Positions 42,542 through 57,320 of a DNA stretch of 64,000 bases are shown here, one piece after another. Origin of the DNA: Octopus vulgaris (taxonomy: Eukaryota); the NCBI GenBank assembly GCA_951406725.2, contig OX597830.1:15066001-15130000 (forward strand), in the 5' to 3' direction. Under the pieces are notes generated by a model. It searched no databases and was not told the origin of the DNA. It was given only the letters and a program-made list of their open reading frames with translations. Made by a program: the position numbers and the translations under genes. The first letter of the stretch is position 1. Each line of letters opens with the position of its first letter.

Positions 42542-42954
42542 TACACACATTCATACATATACACATATAGAAACACACAGATATGTATATATGTACATAT
42601 ATGCACGTATGAAGTATATATATGTATGTAGGTATAACAATGGGTGAGATTGATATACATTTTTAATATTTCGTAAAAAATTATTATTTATAATTATTGC
42701 AGTTAATTAGACTACAGCGATCAAAATCTTCAGCGTAATTAATAAATCAGCAATGTGTCACGTGAGTAAAGGGGTAAAATAAAATCAGTAATGTGTCACG
42801 TGAGTAAAGGGGTGAAATAATAAATTATGATTGAAAATATAGATTTTGAAAATGTTTATTTAAATTCTAAACCCTAAACTTGGCGTATTCTCATGTCTCA
42901 TACATGCACATATGTGTATACATATGTATATGAATGTGTGTGTTTGTGTGCGTA

Positions 42955-43071
<117 letters not shown>

Positions 43072-43214
43072 TGTTATTGTAAGAATATTTATATATATGT
43101 GCGTCTGTGTGTGTGTGTGTGTGTAAACATACAAGCATATACATAAACACACATACACATACATACACACTTGTAAATATATATATATGTATATGTATAT
43201 ATATATATGTACAT

Positions 43215-43346
<132 letters not shown>

Positions 43347-43826
43347 GGCCGTAGAATCCCTTTGATAAGATTTCTTAACATTTTCAACAATGCAAACGCT
43401 GGTTTCTGACTTATCTATCTTATTGACAAGGCGCTCTACCTGGTGGATAACAATTACTTAGAAGTCGAACGTCTTGCATAGTTTGGCCAATTCCACTGAG
43501 TGATTAGAGTTTCTCTCTGCCATTCCACTCGATCTTCGTACAACTCAATTTTCCGAATAGCTGTTCAAACATTTTGTCACAAAGCCAAGTCCTTCATCAA
43601 TAGTTTGTGCTACAAATAATCCATACTCGCAGCATGATTTTCGAAATCTCTCGTTAGTTTTTCCACACACATCATTCTCGTTCATTTTGTAAGTGGCATT
43701 TACGTCTGAAGAATAACCAGCGTCTATTACTACCTCGATGATTATGTCCAGATGGGAAGGCGGCAACATATTGGTAATTTTTACCAGTGTTCTTTGATGT
43801 GAAGTATATATATATATATATATATA

Positions 43827-44206
43827 CGAGCAGTATCGCCCGGCGTTGCTCGGATTTGTAAGGGAAATAACTATATAAGCATTTTCAGAGAGTTATAGCC
43901 AAAAAATAGCAAAAAAATGCATTAAAAATGGGAAAAAAATGATGGTAATATTTTTTTAAAATCGTTGACTTATCGTAGACATTTTTAGAGAGTTACTTCC
44001 CTTATTATAATAGCGAAAAAAATTATGGTAAATTATTTTTAAAATCGTAGACTCATCGTAGACGCGCGCTAATACCCAGAAGGGCTCGATATGAATCACG
44101 ACTATAAGATACCCGGTTTTGGTTAAACTGCATCGCAAAATGTGGGAGTAGTTAAGAATCTAAATCGGAGTAGACAGACACACAACCTTTCTTTTATATA
44201 TAAAGA
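43827..44206 (-). mobile_element. Non-autonomous Helitron-like element
   Basis: Reverse complement starts TC, ends with hairpin CCGAGCAACGCCGGG and CTCG (CTAG variant), sits between A and T; internal sub-repeat; second copy at 62040. Confidence 0.75.
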
Positions 44207-44314
44207 TATATGTTTGTGTGTGTATGTACGTGTGTTTGTGTGTGTGTCTGTGTGTGTGTGTGTGTGTGTGTGTATGCATAAGGTGCAGGCCTGGCTGTGT
44301 CTGTATGTATAAAG

Positions 44315-44698
44315 TGCAGGCCTGGTTGAGTGGTAAGAAGTTTGCATCCAAACCATTGGTTTCGGTTTCAGTGCAACCGCGTTGCAGTTTGACCAAGTGT
44401 CTTCTAATAGCCTTGCACCGACCAAAGTCTTGTGAGTGGATTTGGTAGACGGAAATTAAAATAAGACTATTGTGTGTATGTGTGTGTGTATGTGTGAATA
44501 TGTGTCTGCGTGTGTGTATGTCGTAGTGTCTGTGTTCGACAAGCGATGCTAGTATATTTACGTCTCCGTAACTCACCAATTCAGCAAAATAGACCGATGG
44601 AATGAGTACCAGTCTTAGATTAAAAAATAAGTCCTAGGGTCAATTCGCTCGACTAAAATTCTTCAAAGTTGTGCCCCAGCATGACCGCAGTCCAATGA

Positions 44699-44701
<3 letters not shown>
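44315..44701 (+). mobile_element. SINE family B, diverged
   Basis: GGTAAGAAGTTTGC...GTGGATTTGGTAGACGGAAA...CCAGCATGACCGCAGTCCAATGACTGA. Confidence 0.8.
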
Positions 44702-44756
<55 letters not shown>

Positions 44757-44846
44757 TACATGTTTCTGTTAACCCAATACCCACAGAATATACATTCGGA
44801 GGTACATTTGCTAGTAGGTGGTTAAGTAGCCAAATATATATATATA

Positions 44847-46083
44847 TCGGGTCATCCCATAAATAAAGCGTTTTTTTTTTTTCAAATGCTTGAATTAAAA
44901 GTCCGAGTGGGGCCGGATAAACTACCTGCATCAATTTGCTATAAAAGCAGGTAGTAATTTTCCCTTATCTTTATTCCTTGTGCAAGTTTTGAAGAGGGCA
45001 GTTCGATTTTAACAGTTATAATGGAAAAGCTGTAATGGATGTGATAAAGGAACATATTCGGCATATTTTGATTTATGAGATTAATAAGGGCAAGGACGCA
45101 ACGGAAAGTGCGAGCAATATTAATGAAGTATATGAGACTTGGACAAATAAGCGTAAGCCAATGTCAACGGTGGTTCCAGAAATTCCGAGTTGGAAACTAC
45201 AGCCTAGAAGTCAAGCCTCGTACTGCAAGGTCTGTAGAGCTCGATGAGGACGTTCTGCAAACCTTGGTGGAACAAAATACCATCGAAACTGTTGAGAATC
45301 TAGCAGAGAGGCTTGGATTTGGTCATTCAACCATTCATCGACAACTGCTTTCCATTGTAAAAGTCAGCAGATTGGATCAATGGGTTCATCACAAACTTTT
45401 CAAGTCTAATCGCGTGTAGAGAGTGAATGTATGCTCTTCTTTGCTGTCACGTCTCACGAATGAGCCGAATAGTGACGGGCGCCGAAGACAGAGGGTAGGG
45501 AAAAGAGAAACACCGGCAGCCCAGGCTAAAGGTCTTCACCCACGTAAGGTGTTGTTATCTGTTTGGTGGGATATGAAAGGTTCAGTCCACTTTGAACTTT
45601 TAAATCCATACCAAACGATAAACAAGGGAGCTCTAGTGCGAGCAACTTGAGCAGCTTAAGTCAGCGCTAGAAGAAAAATGACCATCTTTGGTTTCAAGAC
45701 AAAAGGTGTTCTTCCATCAGGATAATGCTCAGCTACACACAGCGTGGATGACATTCCAAAGGCTGGAGCAATTTGAATGGAAAACGATGCCCCACCCTAT
45801 TCGCCGAACGTTGTCCCACCTGATTATCATTTATCCCGCAGTCTTCAAACTCATTTGGACGGAAAAAATATTTAAAATGTTAAATCAGAACAGTACTGGA
45901 GGAGTATATTTCGTCACGGACAAGTGAATTTTGGAAGAAGGGCCTTGCAAGTCTACCAGATGGATGGAAGAGCATTGTAGGAAATGAAGGAGAGAATATT
46001 TTAGATTAAAAAAAACTTTGTTTATCTTAATTTTGAAATTTAAAAGGAGTATAAAAAAACGCATTATTGATGGGATGACCCAA
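44847..46083 (+). mobile_element. Mariner DNA transposon, near full length, pseudogenised transposase
   Basis: TIR TCGGGTCATCCCATAAATAAAGCG / CGCATTATTGATGGGATGACCCAA; EHIRHILIYE, QRWFQKFRVGN, WVHHKL, KVLLSVWWD, FHQDNA and YSP motifs spread over frameshifted ORFs. Confidence 0.95.
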
Positions 46084-46097
46084 GAGATATAGATATA

Positions 46098-47545
46098 TTG
46101 GGATACTTGGAACAAAACCTATATTTTAAAAAAATTGAAGAGATGACCTTTAAAAGACATATAGAGAGCACATGGAAAAGGTACCACGATGATTATTTCC
46201 TAATTTGGACCAAATCCCTAGAAAATCTGGAAGAATTCAGCACCCTCCTCAATAATCTACACGCTAGTCTCAAATTAACGATAGAAATGAGCAACATACA
46301 GTTAACATTTCTTGACATAATAGTAATTAAAAACAATACCACAATCACAACTGATATTTATTACAAGAGCACAGATATACACCAGTACCTAAATTTCAAA
46401 TCATGCCACCCAACACACATAAAACGCAACATCCCATACTGTCTAACCAAGAAAATTTGTACTATAGTCGATGATCCAAATACCAGAAACACACGACTTA
46501 TAGAACTCAAAGAATTTCTTTTCAAGCAAAATTACCTTCTCCTGCTTATAAAATATAGCATACAACGAGCAAAAGAGATACCTATAGAACAAATTAGAGC
46601 AACACGAAACAGACGAATCCATTAAAGCAACACAATACCATTTCTAGTAACACACAATCCGCATCACCAAAACATTTTAAACATCATCAAAACAAATTTG
46701 CCAATCATGAAACAAAGTGAAAAATTAAAAGACATAACTAATCAAACACCTATCTTAAGCAAAAGGCAACCACATAAACTAAAGAATCTATTAACAAAGG
46801 CAAAATTCAACATGAACAAACAGGATATAAAACATTCACAGTTTTCAAGTGTATTGAGAACAGATGTGGAACGTGTCAATACATGCATACTGGTAGATCC
46901 ATTAGAACTTAAAAAAAAAATGGGCAGGGTTTCGCAAATGCAGATATGAACTGCAAAAGCAGAAATTTGATCTCTTGCATTATATGTAGGCAAGAAAGGG
47001 AATGCATTATCGGAACGCTCACGAGTCCCACAGACAACAAATCCGGAACACTAATGTTCGCCAAATTCCTTTGAGTGAACATGTTGTCAGAAAATGTTTC
47101 TACTTTTTTCTTCTCACAAACTACATGACGCAAATGAGGTTAGAAACAAGAAAAGGCCTCTCGAAATGTTCAAACCTGTTCTGAAGGGAAATAACAGTAA
47201 TAATATAACAACCAGTTAAGGATGTGGATTAAAAAATATCTCTAACTTATGAAAATAAACAAATTACAGAATATCGATACGCCTGGCAAACCGTGATGTT
47301 TAAGTTGCACGCAGATTGGTTGAACCCGTATTCTAAAAATTCAGCTAGTTCGGGCGTTCTAAGAGGTACTAGAGTTTTCAAGAACTCAACTGTCAGTTAA
47401 ACGCATTTGAAATCTGATGATTACTCTATGTATGAAAGCGCTAATTTAACTTCATGAGCATCACAAAAAATATTTCTTTTTAATATTAAAATACCATAAA
47501 AAAAAAAACGTTAAAACCAGACCATGTTTTAACTTTATTCAACTG
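46098..47545 (+). mobile_element. Penelope-like retroelement, 5'-truncated and decayed
   Basis: WKRYHDDYF...LTFLDI...YYKSTDIHQYLNFKSCHP RT/thumb; KRQPHKLKNLL linker; Cys-rich and degraded GIY-YIG region; downstream hammerhead motif. Confidence 0.9.
47410..47447 (+). ncRNA. Minimal type I hammerhead ribozyme motif
   Basis: AAAU CUGAUGA U-UAC-UCUAU-GUA-U GAAA GCGC UA AUUU: intact core, palindromic AGCGCU stem III, CUA triplet. Confidence 0.72.
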
Positions 47546-47709
47546 ATATATATATATATATATAATTACACCTTTTATCAATTCAAAATGAACAATTAAA
47601 TTACACCATCTAGAAAATTATGTATAATAGAAATATTAAAATTAAAATAACAATAAAATATCAATGATTAAGTAAATTGCAAAAAAATTAATAAAAATGT
47701 ATATAATTG

Positions 47710-47714
<5 letters not shown>

Positions 47715-47754
<40 letters not shown>

Positions 47755-47766
47755 CTGGTTTTATAC

Positions 47767-47815
<49 letters not shown>

Positions 47816-48002
47816 TGTATGTATGTATGTATGTATGCATGCATGCATGCATGCATGCATGCATGTATGTATGCATGTATGTATGCATGCAAGTATGTAT
47901 GTATATATGTATATATGTGTGTATGTATGTATGTATGTATGTATGTATGTATGTATGTATGTGTGTGTATGTATGTATGTATGTATGTATGTATGTATGT
48001 AT
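47715..48002. repeat. (TA)n(TATG)n(CATG)n microsatellite
   Basis: Direct inspection. Confidence 0.95.
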
Positions 48003-48974
48003 TAACATGCAAAGGGCCTAAAATTGTGCACCTACTGCAGGTTAACATTCAGTTTCGCCCTAAGATATATATTTAAAGACGAGCTCTTTGCCAGCCCTCA
48101 TGAATACACAGTTTACTCACAATATTACGTTTTATATTAGTAACTGGATTGTTATGCGTTGTTCTTGGCGTATTTTTTTTAATTATATATTTTTGTCTAC
48201 GTAACAGTTGACTCATTTTACTGATGAGTTTGTTGTTTGTGGCTGTTAACATTGCGAGTATTCTACTGCCAATGACCACGAAAGATGCCAATCAACGATT
48301 AGAAATGTAGTATCAAAACTGGTTTCTATTGTTGCTCTATCCTTTTTATGTAAGTTCTTAATATTTTATTAAGATTTACTTGTCTGACATGGTTGAGAGC
48401 CAAAGTTGAGGCCTCGCAGTATTAGTTTCACCCAAACACACTACGATATGATTTCAAATCCTGCCAAATTGACTTCGACTTTTATCTCTCCAAAGTCAAT
48501 AAATGAAGTGTTGCAACGCACAATTCATTCGATTATGTTAATGATTCAGATAATATTGACGTTACACCTAAAAAAAAAATATAAAAAATTAACTACTGGA
48601 ATTCGAATGCCAGAAACTGTAAGCAAGACTATTATGTGAGTGGTGGGAAGACATGGAAGATGTCAAACCAACCAAGTAATTTGGATTCTCTTTTAAAAAG
48701 TTTTTCAATGCAGTTATGCAAATTATTGTAATTAAGGAAGCCACGTAGGTCACAACGTTCACTTTATGCTTCACAATAAGGTCAAAGCTATGAGCGGTAA
48801 GTGAAAAATAAATCAATATTCATTGAGAAATCAATTGATGGTAACGCGTTCAAAAAGGTTTTTTTTATAACTGTCGGCTGTGCCGCATTAAGGCAGTGCC
48901 AGATTAGGATAAAGACACTGAGGCTGCCGCCCAAGGGCCTACAAAATCTGAAGCCAACACAGGTTGACCATAGA

Positions 48975-49030
48975 TGTGTATGTATGTATGTATGTATGTA
49001 TGTATGTATGTATGTATGTATGTATGCATG

Positions 49031-49064
<34 letters not shown>

Positions 49065-49434
49065 TGTATGTATGTATGTATGTATGTATGCATGTATGTA
49101 TGTATGTATGCATGTATGCATGTATGTATATATGTATGCATGTATGTGTGTATGTATGTATGCATGTATGTATGTATGTATGCATGTATGTGTGTATGTA
49201 TGTATGCAAGTATGTATGCATGTATGTATGCATGTATGTATGCATGTATGTATGCATGCATGTATGTATGCATGTATGCATGTATGTATGTATGCATGTA
49301 TGTATGTATGCATGTATGTATACATGTATGCATGCATGCATGCATGTATGTATGTATGCATGTATGTATGTATGTATGTACTCATGTATGCATGTATGTA
49401 TGTATGTATGTATGTATGTATGTATGTATGTATG

Positions 49435-49462
<28 letters not shown>
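48975..49462. repeat. Long (TATG)n/(CATG)n microsatellite
   Basis: Direct inspection. Confidence 0.95.
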
Positions 49463-49465
<3 letters not shown>

Positions 49466-50062
49466 GGGTCCTTGAACGTTTTCATCAGAGATGTCTCAGA
49501 CACATTCTCAATGTTGGCTGGACTTCAAAAATTCCAGACACACAGATCCTGAGGACAGCTGATATCTTGAGTATTGAGGCGATGGTACACAAGCACCGGT
49601 TGCGTTGGACTGGACACCTTATTAGAATGGAGTATAGAAGCAGATGCTCTATGGAGAAATTGTGAATGGAAGGAGACTCCGACAGAAAACCAAGGCTGCG
49701 ATTTAAGGACTGAGTTAAGTCCTCGTTAAAGGCCTTTTATATGCAGGACACTGACTGGGAGAGCAATGCCTGTCATCGCCACAGATGGAGGAAGCAGGTT
49801 AAGGAGGGGATCGACACTTTTGAGAGAGCACGTATCCAGCATGAAGAACTTAGGCGAGCTGTGCGAAAGCGCACGGCTCGTATAGTGAATGGGGAAAGCT
49901 TGGTCTGCAATGTTTGCAGTCGTGTGTGCTTGTCAAGAGCAAGGCTCATTAGCCACCAACGGAGCCGCAAATGCAAAATATAAGTTAGTCCTAGAGCGCA
50001 CAATGTTCCTGAAGGTCGGCAATGGTCTTCCTCGGTCACGAGTGGACGGCCATCATCATCAT
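49463..50062 (+). mobile_element. RTE (BovB-like) LINE 3' fragment
   Basis: LERFHQRCLRHIL...RLRWTGHLIRM, C-terminal CNVCSRVC...LISH; (CAT)n tail. Confidence 0.9.
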
Positions 50063-50129
50063 GTATGCATGCATGTATGCATATATGTATGTATCCATTA
50101 TTATGTTGAAGACATTTCGAAAATGTTTG

Positions 50130-50520
50130 CAAGTGGTTGTGTGTTAAGAAGCTTACTTCTCAACCACATAGTTCTGGGTTCAGTCCTCTGCAAGGAACCT
50201 TGGGCAAGTGTCTTCTACTATAGCCTCGGGCCGACCAAAACCTTGTGAGTGGATTTGGTAGATGGAAAACTGAAAGAAGCCCGTCACATGTATGCGTGTG
50301 TGTATGTGTGTGTGTGTTTGCGTTTGTCCCCCACCACCGCTTGACAACTGGTGTGGATGTGTGCTCGTCTCTGTAACTTAGCGGTTCGGCAAAAGATAAC
50401 AATAGAATAAGTTCTAGGTTTTACAAAATTACTCCTGGGGTCTATTCATTCAGTCAAAAATCCTTCAAGGCGGTGACCCAGCAAGGCCGCAGACTAAGGA
50501 ATGAAACAAATGAAAGATAA
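50130..50520 (+). mobile_element. SINE family B, diverged
   Basis: CAACCACATAGTTCTGGGTTCAGTCC...CTTAGCGGTTCGGCAAAAG. Confidence 0.85.
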
Positions 50521-50739
50521 ATGATGAACAAAATATCTTCCTTGTCCTTTTACATCGGATCTAAGAAACAGTCATTAAACATATTTAAGTCGTGTTTTTA
50601 AGAAAACTCATTCAAGTTCGGTGTCGTCTTTGCATTTGTTATATATTTTAATGGCCATATTTCCTGATGTTTCAGTGGAAATAGTTTTTGCTGTTAACAT
50701 TCTTGCTATTGCTGTGGCTGCCGCAGTTGTTCCAACTGT

Positions 50740-50848
50740 TGTTCCTGCTGGTGCTGCTGTTGTTGCTGGTTGTTCTTATTCTTCCGTTGTTGTTGGTGTT
50801 CTTCTTCTTGTTTTTATTGTTGTTGTTGTTGTTGTTGTTGATGCTCTT

Positions 50849-50935
<87 letters not shown>

Positions 50936-51160
50936 CTTACTTCTTCTTCTTCTTCTACTTCTTCTCCTTCATCTTCTTCTTCTACTTCTCTTCTCATTCT
51001 TCCATTCTTCTTCTTCCTCTTCTACTTCTCCTTCTTCTTCTTCTTCTTCTTCTTCTTCTTCTCTTCTTCTTCTTCTTCTTCTCATTCTTCTTCTTCTTCT
51101 TCTCTTTCTTCTTCTCATTCTTTTCTTCTTCCTCTCCTCCTCCTCCTTATTCTTCTTCTT
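50740..51160. repeat. (GTT)n(CTT)n(ATT)n compound trinucleotide and CTT-rich tract
   Basis: Direct inspection. Confidence 0.93.
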
Positions 51161-52734
51161 TGTGAGAATAAACTACGAACTACGAACGTAGCCAAGGCTG
51201 CAGTGTGAGAACGTAGGAAGCTCTCTGACTGAGACGGGACATCTGGGGACGTAAAAATGTTAAGTTACATTGACAAAACACTAAACAACCTCTGTGTAGT
51301 TACAGAGATAGCAGAGTCGATTGAAGTGATGCCAATACGTTATATCGATACTTAATTTCTCCAACTTAGATGGATAAAAGCCAAAGTCGACTATGGCAGA
51401 ATTTGAACTGCAAATATATAAACGACAGTGTTATTCTACTATTTCAGCTATTTCAGCCGACTTACTTAGGTGCAGCCGAAGATGGAGGACAGAACTGGAT
51501 GCTCGACAAGCTAGAAATAGCAGCTAAATCTTCCTAAAACCATACATTGTCATTTAAAAAAGAGAGAGAGAGAGTGGGGAGAGGGAGGTAAATACATTGC
51601 ATAACGCAGTGCTTGTTACACTGAAAAGTGACGTGTCTGTCACGGCTGGAAGTCTTTCAGTGACAAGTCTGCTCTTTGTAAGCCTAGTACTTATTCTATC
51701 GGTCTCTTTTACCGAACCGCTAAGTTACGGGGACGTAAACATACCAGCATCTACACACACACATATATATATATATACCGCGTGTGTACCGTTGGCGATA
51801 TTTTTCCTCTGCCAATTAGAGTTAACAACGGCAATAACAAGAACAACAACCTCATTGAATTAAAAGTAACAAATTACCTCGTCCATGACCATAATTCTGC
51901 ACCTTCGTCAAAACAATAAATTTAATCTATATTTTCGAGTCAATATTTCTTTTCCTCGTAAAGACTGATTTTTCGTATTAACCTCCTAAGATGTAACTTC
52001 GCTTATCATATTGACTGATAGATATTTTCTTCTACAAACCTTCCTTGTTGTATTGCTAATTCTTCAATCAAGCTTTCAAGGCAAAACTAAATCTTATACA
52101 CAGTTGTCATTTATGTCTAATATTAGAGCTTTAAATATAGGTTGTCCTGCTTCGTTTGCTACAATCTTCCACCCAGCCTCGGCTAATTATTCTCTCGTAC
52201 AGAATCTTGTAGCTATTATTTCTGTATTAAGCGCTTTATCGATTGTTCCAGAAAAGAAAGCGTAGATGCAAAAGTACCTAATCTGAATTTTATACGACAC
52301 AAGTGTCAACGAAAGATCTAACGTCTAGATTATTCGGTGCCGACTTCATCTAATGAACGAAACACGCAGATGCACACACACACAAACAGACATATGACTA
52401 TCTGCATCAAAGCACATACATATATACCACGCACTAACATGCATTGGACACACATAGACATACACACACTCATATACATATAAATAAATGTGAAAGCATA
52501 CATATGGAAGTGTGTTCTGACAGATATATATGGTTGCGTTTGTGTCATGCGTGCAAGCGTCATCTTTATGTGTATATTATACATATATTTATAAATATTC
52601 ATGGAAGCTTGTGGATGCGCTTGTTAGAATAAATGTTTGTAGCATGAATACATGTATGTGCGTATATATGTTTTTACATGCATAGGCTTAGATTATTATA
52701 TGTATGTATCTATGTATGTACATATGTATATATG

Positions 52735-52778
<44 letters not shown>

Positions 52779-52791
52779 GTGTTTGTGTGTG

Positions 52792-52868
<77 letters not shown>

Positions 52869-53653
52869 TCGCAATACATGCATATATATATATAAACGTA
52901 TTCACATATATTTGTAGCTCAACAGGAGGTATCTAGTGAAGCGTAATAGAAAGAGTAGACATAAGTCAACCAGATATTGTCTTGTTATACAGCGGGCAGT
53001 ATTCCGCCTCATACTAACACATACAAAACACACACACACACACACACACAAACACAAAGACCCAAAGAAAAATCTATACACCGCAGGCAAGTAAATGATG
53101 CGGTGTTTTAAAAAGAGACGCATTAGTTTGACGTCAAGAACTGAATTTCCTTTGAGAAAGTCGGACGAAAAGCGACTGCAAATTCTTGATATTTTTAGCC
53201 GGAACTGTCCGTGGCGTCCATTTTCATTAGCTACTAGTCACATGACTCCAACAACATTCACCCTCAAATCTCCTCTTATTTTCCTTCTTCCTATCTTCCT
53301 TTCACAACGTACCGTTCCTCTTCCCTCCATCCCCTCTTTGCTTTCATTTTTGTTTTATTTAGTTATCTGTAGTTCATGTACCACTGACCACCACTAAGAA
53401 TTCCTTATCCGTCTGACTTCCTGCCTGTTTGACTGCCCGTCTGTCCGTCTGTCCGTCTGTCTGATCTTAGCCGTTATTCAAAATGTCCACGACGAAGGCT
53501 ACTCGTCTTGCTGTTCGCCATCACCGCTTATACACACAAACCAGCAAAGACACAGTCGCGCGTGCACACACACACACACACACACATACATACATACATA
53601 TATATTTATGCATAAACATGTATATTTATATATATTCGTATGTGTGTCTGTAT

Positions 53654-53722
<69 letters not shown>

Positions 53723-53751
53723 TATATATACATATATATATACACACATAC

Positions 53752-53791
<40 letters not shown>

Positions 53792-53846
53792 GCATATATA
53801 CATGCAATGACATACATGTATATGTTTGAGTGTGCGCAGATATGTA

Positions 53847-53891
<45 letters not shown>

Positions 53892-54152
53892 GTGTGTGTG
53901 TGTGTATCAATATATGTATTTATATACAAAGACATATATACATGTATATAAGTATGTATGTGTATGTATATATATATACACACACACGCACGCTCACAGA
54001 CGCACATACATTTATGTATAATGTAGATGCACACATACACGCACATGCTTAAAACTGCGTAATCCCATCATGCAAATAAACACATTAACACACACAAAGC
54101 ACACAGAAATAGACACACACACACACACACACGCGCAGACACATATACACGC

Positions 54153-54185
<33 letters not shown>
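52735..54185. repeat. (TA)n/(CA)n microsatellite clusters with an intervening unique stretch
   Basis: Direct inspection. Confidence 0.85.
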
Positions 54186-54820
54186 TAACCCCGCTGCTGC
54201 ATACATACCAGCCTTTTAGTCAACTCGTGCACAACTCGGAAAATATACTTTAGACGATCGATATTTTGGCAAGACCAAGCCAAGCTTGGCCAGCCAAGGC
54301 CAGAACAGAGAGAACCTATCTACATTAGACCCGGCAAAATGACAAAACCCCTGTGGCTTCTTCTGACTGCAGTAGTAATAGCAATGGAAGCGGCAGACGA
54401 TCGAGATGATAGCGGCGTCGGCTGCGTCAGTGATAATGCTAGTGGGGGTAGTGATGGCGGTAACGTTGTGTTAGTAATGTAGGCTTGGTATGGTGATGTA
54501 ACGGGTCAGGCGATGGTTATAGTCATAGTAATGGTGATAGTAAGTCATTGTGTTGTAGTAGAAGTGGCGGCGGTGGTGGTGGTGGTGGTGGTGCGGAGTG
54601 GTGCGGGGTGCGGGTGGTGATGGCAGCGGTGTCGTTGTCATTGGCCAATACACTTTTAAGTAGTTCTGTTCCTATTCTCGTCTCTGTTGCTACATATGTG
54701 TATATGGCGGTGCTAATAAGAGACGGCTTTCGGAATAAATGCGCATAGCGTTAGTATTTGTGACATCCTTGTAATAATGTTCGTGGCTGGTATACCATAT
54801 TTGCTGTTAGCAATGGTGAC

Positions 54821-54854
<34 letters not shown>

Positions 54855-54945
54855 GTGTCAGCGACGTCGTCGCTGGCAGTGGTGGAGTTAACGGAGGTAA
54901 ATTGTTGGAAAATGTCTTATTCAACCATCTGCGAAAGTCATTCTA

Positions 54946-55081
<136 letters not shown>

Positions 55082-55208
55082 TATATACATACATATATGT
55101 CTGTGTGTGTGTGTGTGTATTGACCATACGTCCAGGATACAGGGATGATTCATAGTCTTAGTTGAATACTACAGATGTTTGCATTTATTATTATTATTAT
55201 TATTATTA

Positions 55209-55252
<44 letters not shown>

Positions 55253-55722
55253 GAGTGAATAAGAGACTAGTGCATGCCATCAAAGTGACACTGGTGTATG
55301 AAGACCAGTATACTCATCATGACTACCCGTCTGATAAGTGTGTACCAGGCACATGCATCACAACCATATGTTCGTGACAGGGTGATCTCATATCAAGATA
55401 AACAACTCATGACCTTGCAGGTGGAGCCTAGCTAGAATCTTCTTCGGGTCAAGTAGCCTCTCCCATTCAAGAGGTCCCTGAGTAAGGGTTGTTTTAGGAT
55501 GTTGAACGAAACACCCATGTTTCCAAAGGTGAATTATCCAAATCCCAAAGAATTCCTCTCAGCACATGATGGTCCCCCACTATTTCTGCTCGTGAGCAGA
55601 GATGCATATATCGTCAGCCACTAAGGGACATGCTCAACTGGTTAAGGTTAAACAGCTGACAAGTAACCTTGTAGTACTGAGTAGAATATTTGCTGTAGCC
55701 TATCTTTTTATACCAAGAGACA
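55253..55722 (-). mobile_element. Retroposon family D with (TAA)n tail
   Basis: GCATGCCATCAAAGTGACACTGG...GTGATCTCATATCAAGATAAACA shared with 57119-57320; abuts (ATT)n. Confidence 0.65.
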
Positions 55723-55734
55723 AATCATATATAT

Positions 55735-56083
<349 letters not shown>

Positions 56084-56820
56084 ATTGCTTCTGCACAGCT
56101 TCTGACGCTGGAGATGTACTACAGTATCAGCTGTTCGCTACCAGTGAACTAAGGTAACACCTCTTATTTTTCGAGCACCTTCCGAAGTATTCAAGCGGTT
56201 CCAAGCAGTGCTGTTTTCAGCAAGTGCTCCATCCTTATTGCAGCCCCTATTTGTTCCATGTACTTCTCGAGATTTTTGCTCACTGTTCCCAAGAACAGTG
56301 TTTTCTTTCTCAATTAAGACTATGTCTGGTTTCCTATTCTCTATCTCATGGTCGCAATGAATCATAAAATCCCATAAGGTCTTTGCATTTCTATTTTCGG
56401 CGATGCCTTCAGGTTTATGGTCGTACCAAGTTTTTGCGCAGTCAAGTCCATATTTATTGCAAAGTATCCAATGGACAAACCTGGCTTTATTATGCTGCGT
56501 CTCTTATATTCCTTCTGGGTTAGTGGCATACATTGGCTGGTAATATGCCATACGGTTTCACTGTTTTGTCCACAGTTTCTGCACTTACCACTTTCTGTTG
56601 TGTTGTCTATTCTGTATTTTATGTAGTTTGTTCTTAGTACTTGCTCTTGGGCAGCGCAGATTAGAGCCTCCGTTTCCGGTTTTAAATAACTTTTAGTCAT
56701 CCACAGCCATCTCTTTCCTCTGTTTATCTTATATTCAACATCCCTATGAAATTGACCATGTCTTCTTTTCTTTACTCACCTATTTTCAGTTTCATTCATT
56801 TTCAATTTCTTGTATAGTGC
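56084..56820 (-). mobile_element. Dong/R4-type non-LTR retrotransposon 3' fragment (CCHC knuckle + restriction-like endonuclease)
   Basis: LKPETEALICAAQEQVLRT...CRNCGQNSETVWHITSQC...EYKRR; IENRKPDIVLIEKE; (ATT)n on both sides. Confidence 0.88.
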
Positions 56821-56882
<62 letters not shown>

Positions 56883-56887
56883 TGAAT

Positions 56888-57085
56888 CATGCCAGAATCA
56901 TGAGCACGGTGGGCGAAATTCTTAGAGGGATTTAGTCCGTCGTTACGTTCTGAGTTCAAATTTCGCCGAGGTTGACTTTGCTTTTCATCCTTTCGGGGAT
57001 AAATTAAGTACAAGTAAAACACTGGGGCAATGTGATCTACTTACCCCCCTCCACAAAATCTGGGCCTTGTGCCTATAGTAAAAAG
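56888..57085 (+). mobile_element. SINE family A, diverged
   Basis: CGTTACGTTCTGAGTTCAAATTTCGCCGAGGTTGACTTTGCTTTTCATCCTTTCGGGG. Confidence 0.82.
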
Positions 57086-57118
57086 GATTATTATTGTTGT
57101 TGTTTTTTGTTATTATTG

Positions 57119-57320
57119 GGTGAGAGAGCAGCGCATGCCATCAAAGTGACACTGGGCTAAAATATACAAAGCTCAATATGCCCATCATGACTACCTGTCT
57201 GCTAAGGGTACACCAGGCACATGCATCACAACCATATGTGCACGACATAGTGATCTCATATCAAGATAAACAGCACATGACCTTGCAGTTAGGGCCCAGT
57301 TAGAATTTTCTTCTGTTTGG
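57119..57320 (-). mobile_element. Retroposon family D, 3' fragment
   Basis: Homologous to 55253-55450. Confidence 0.7.
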
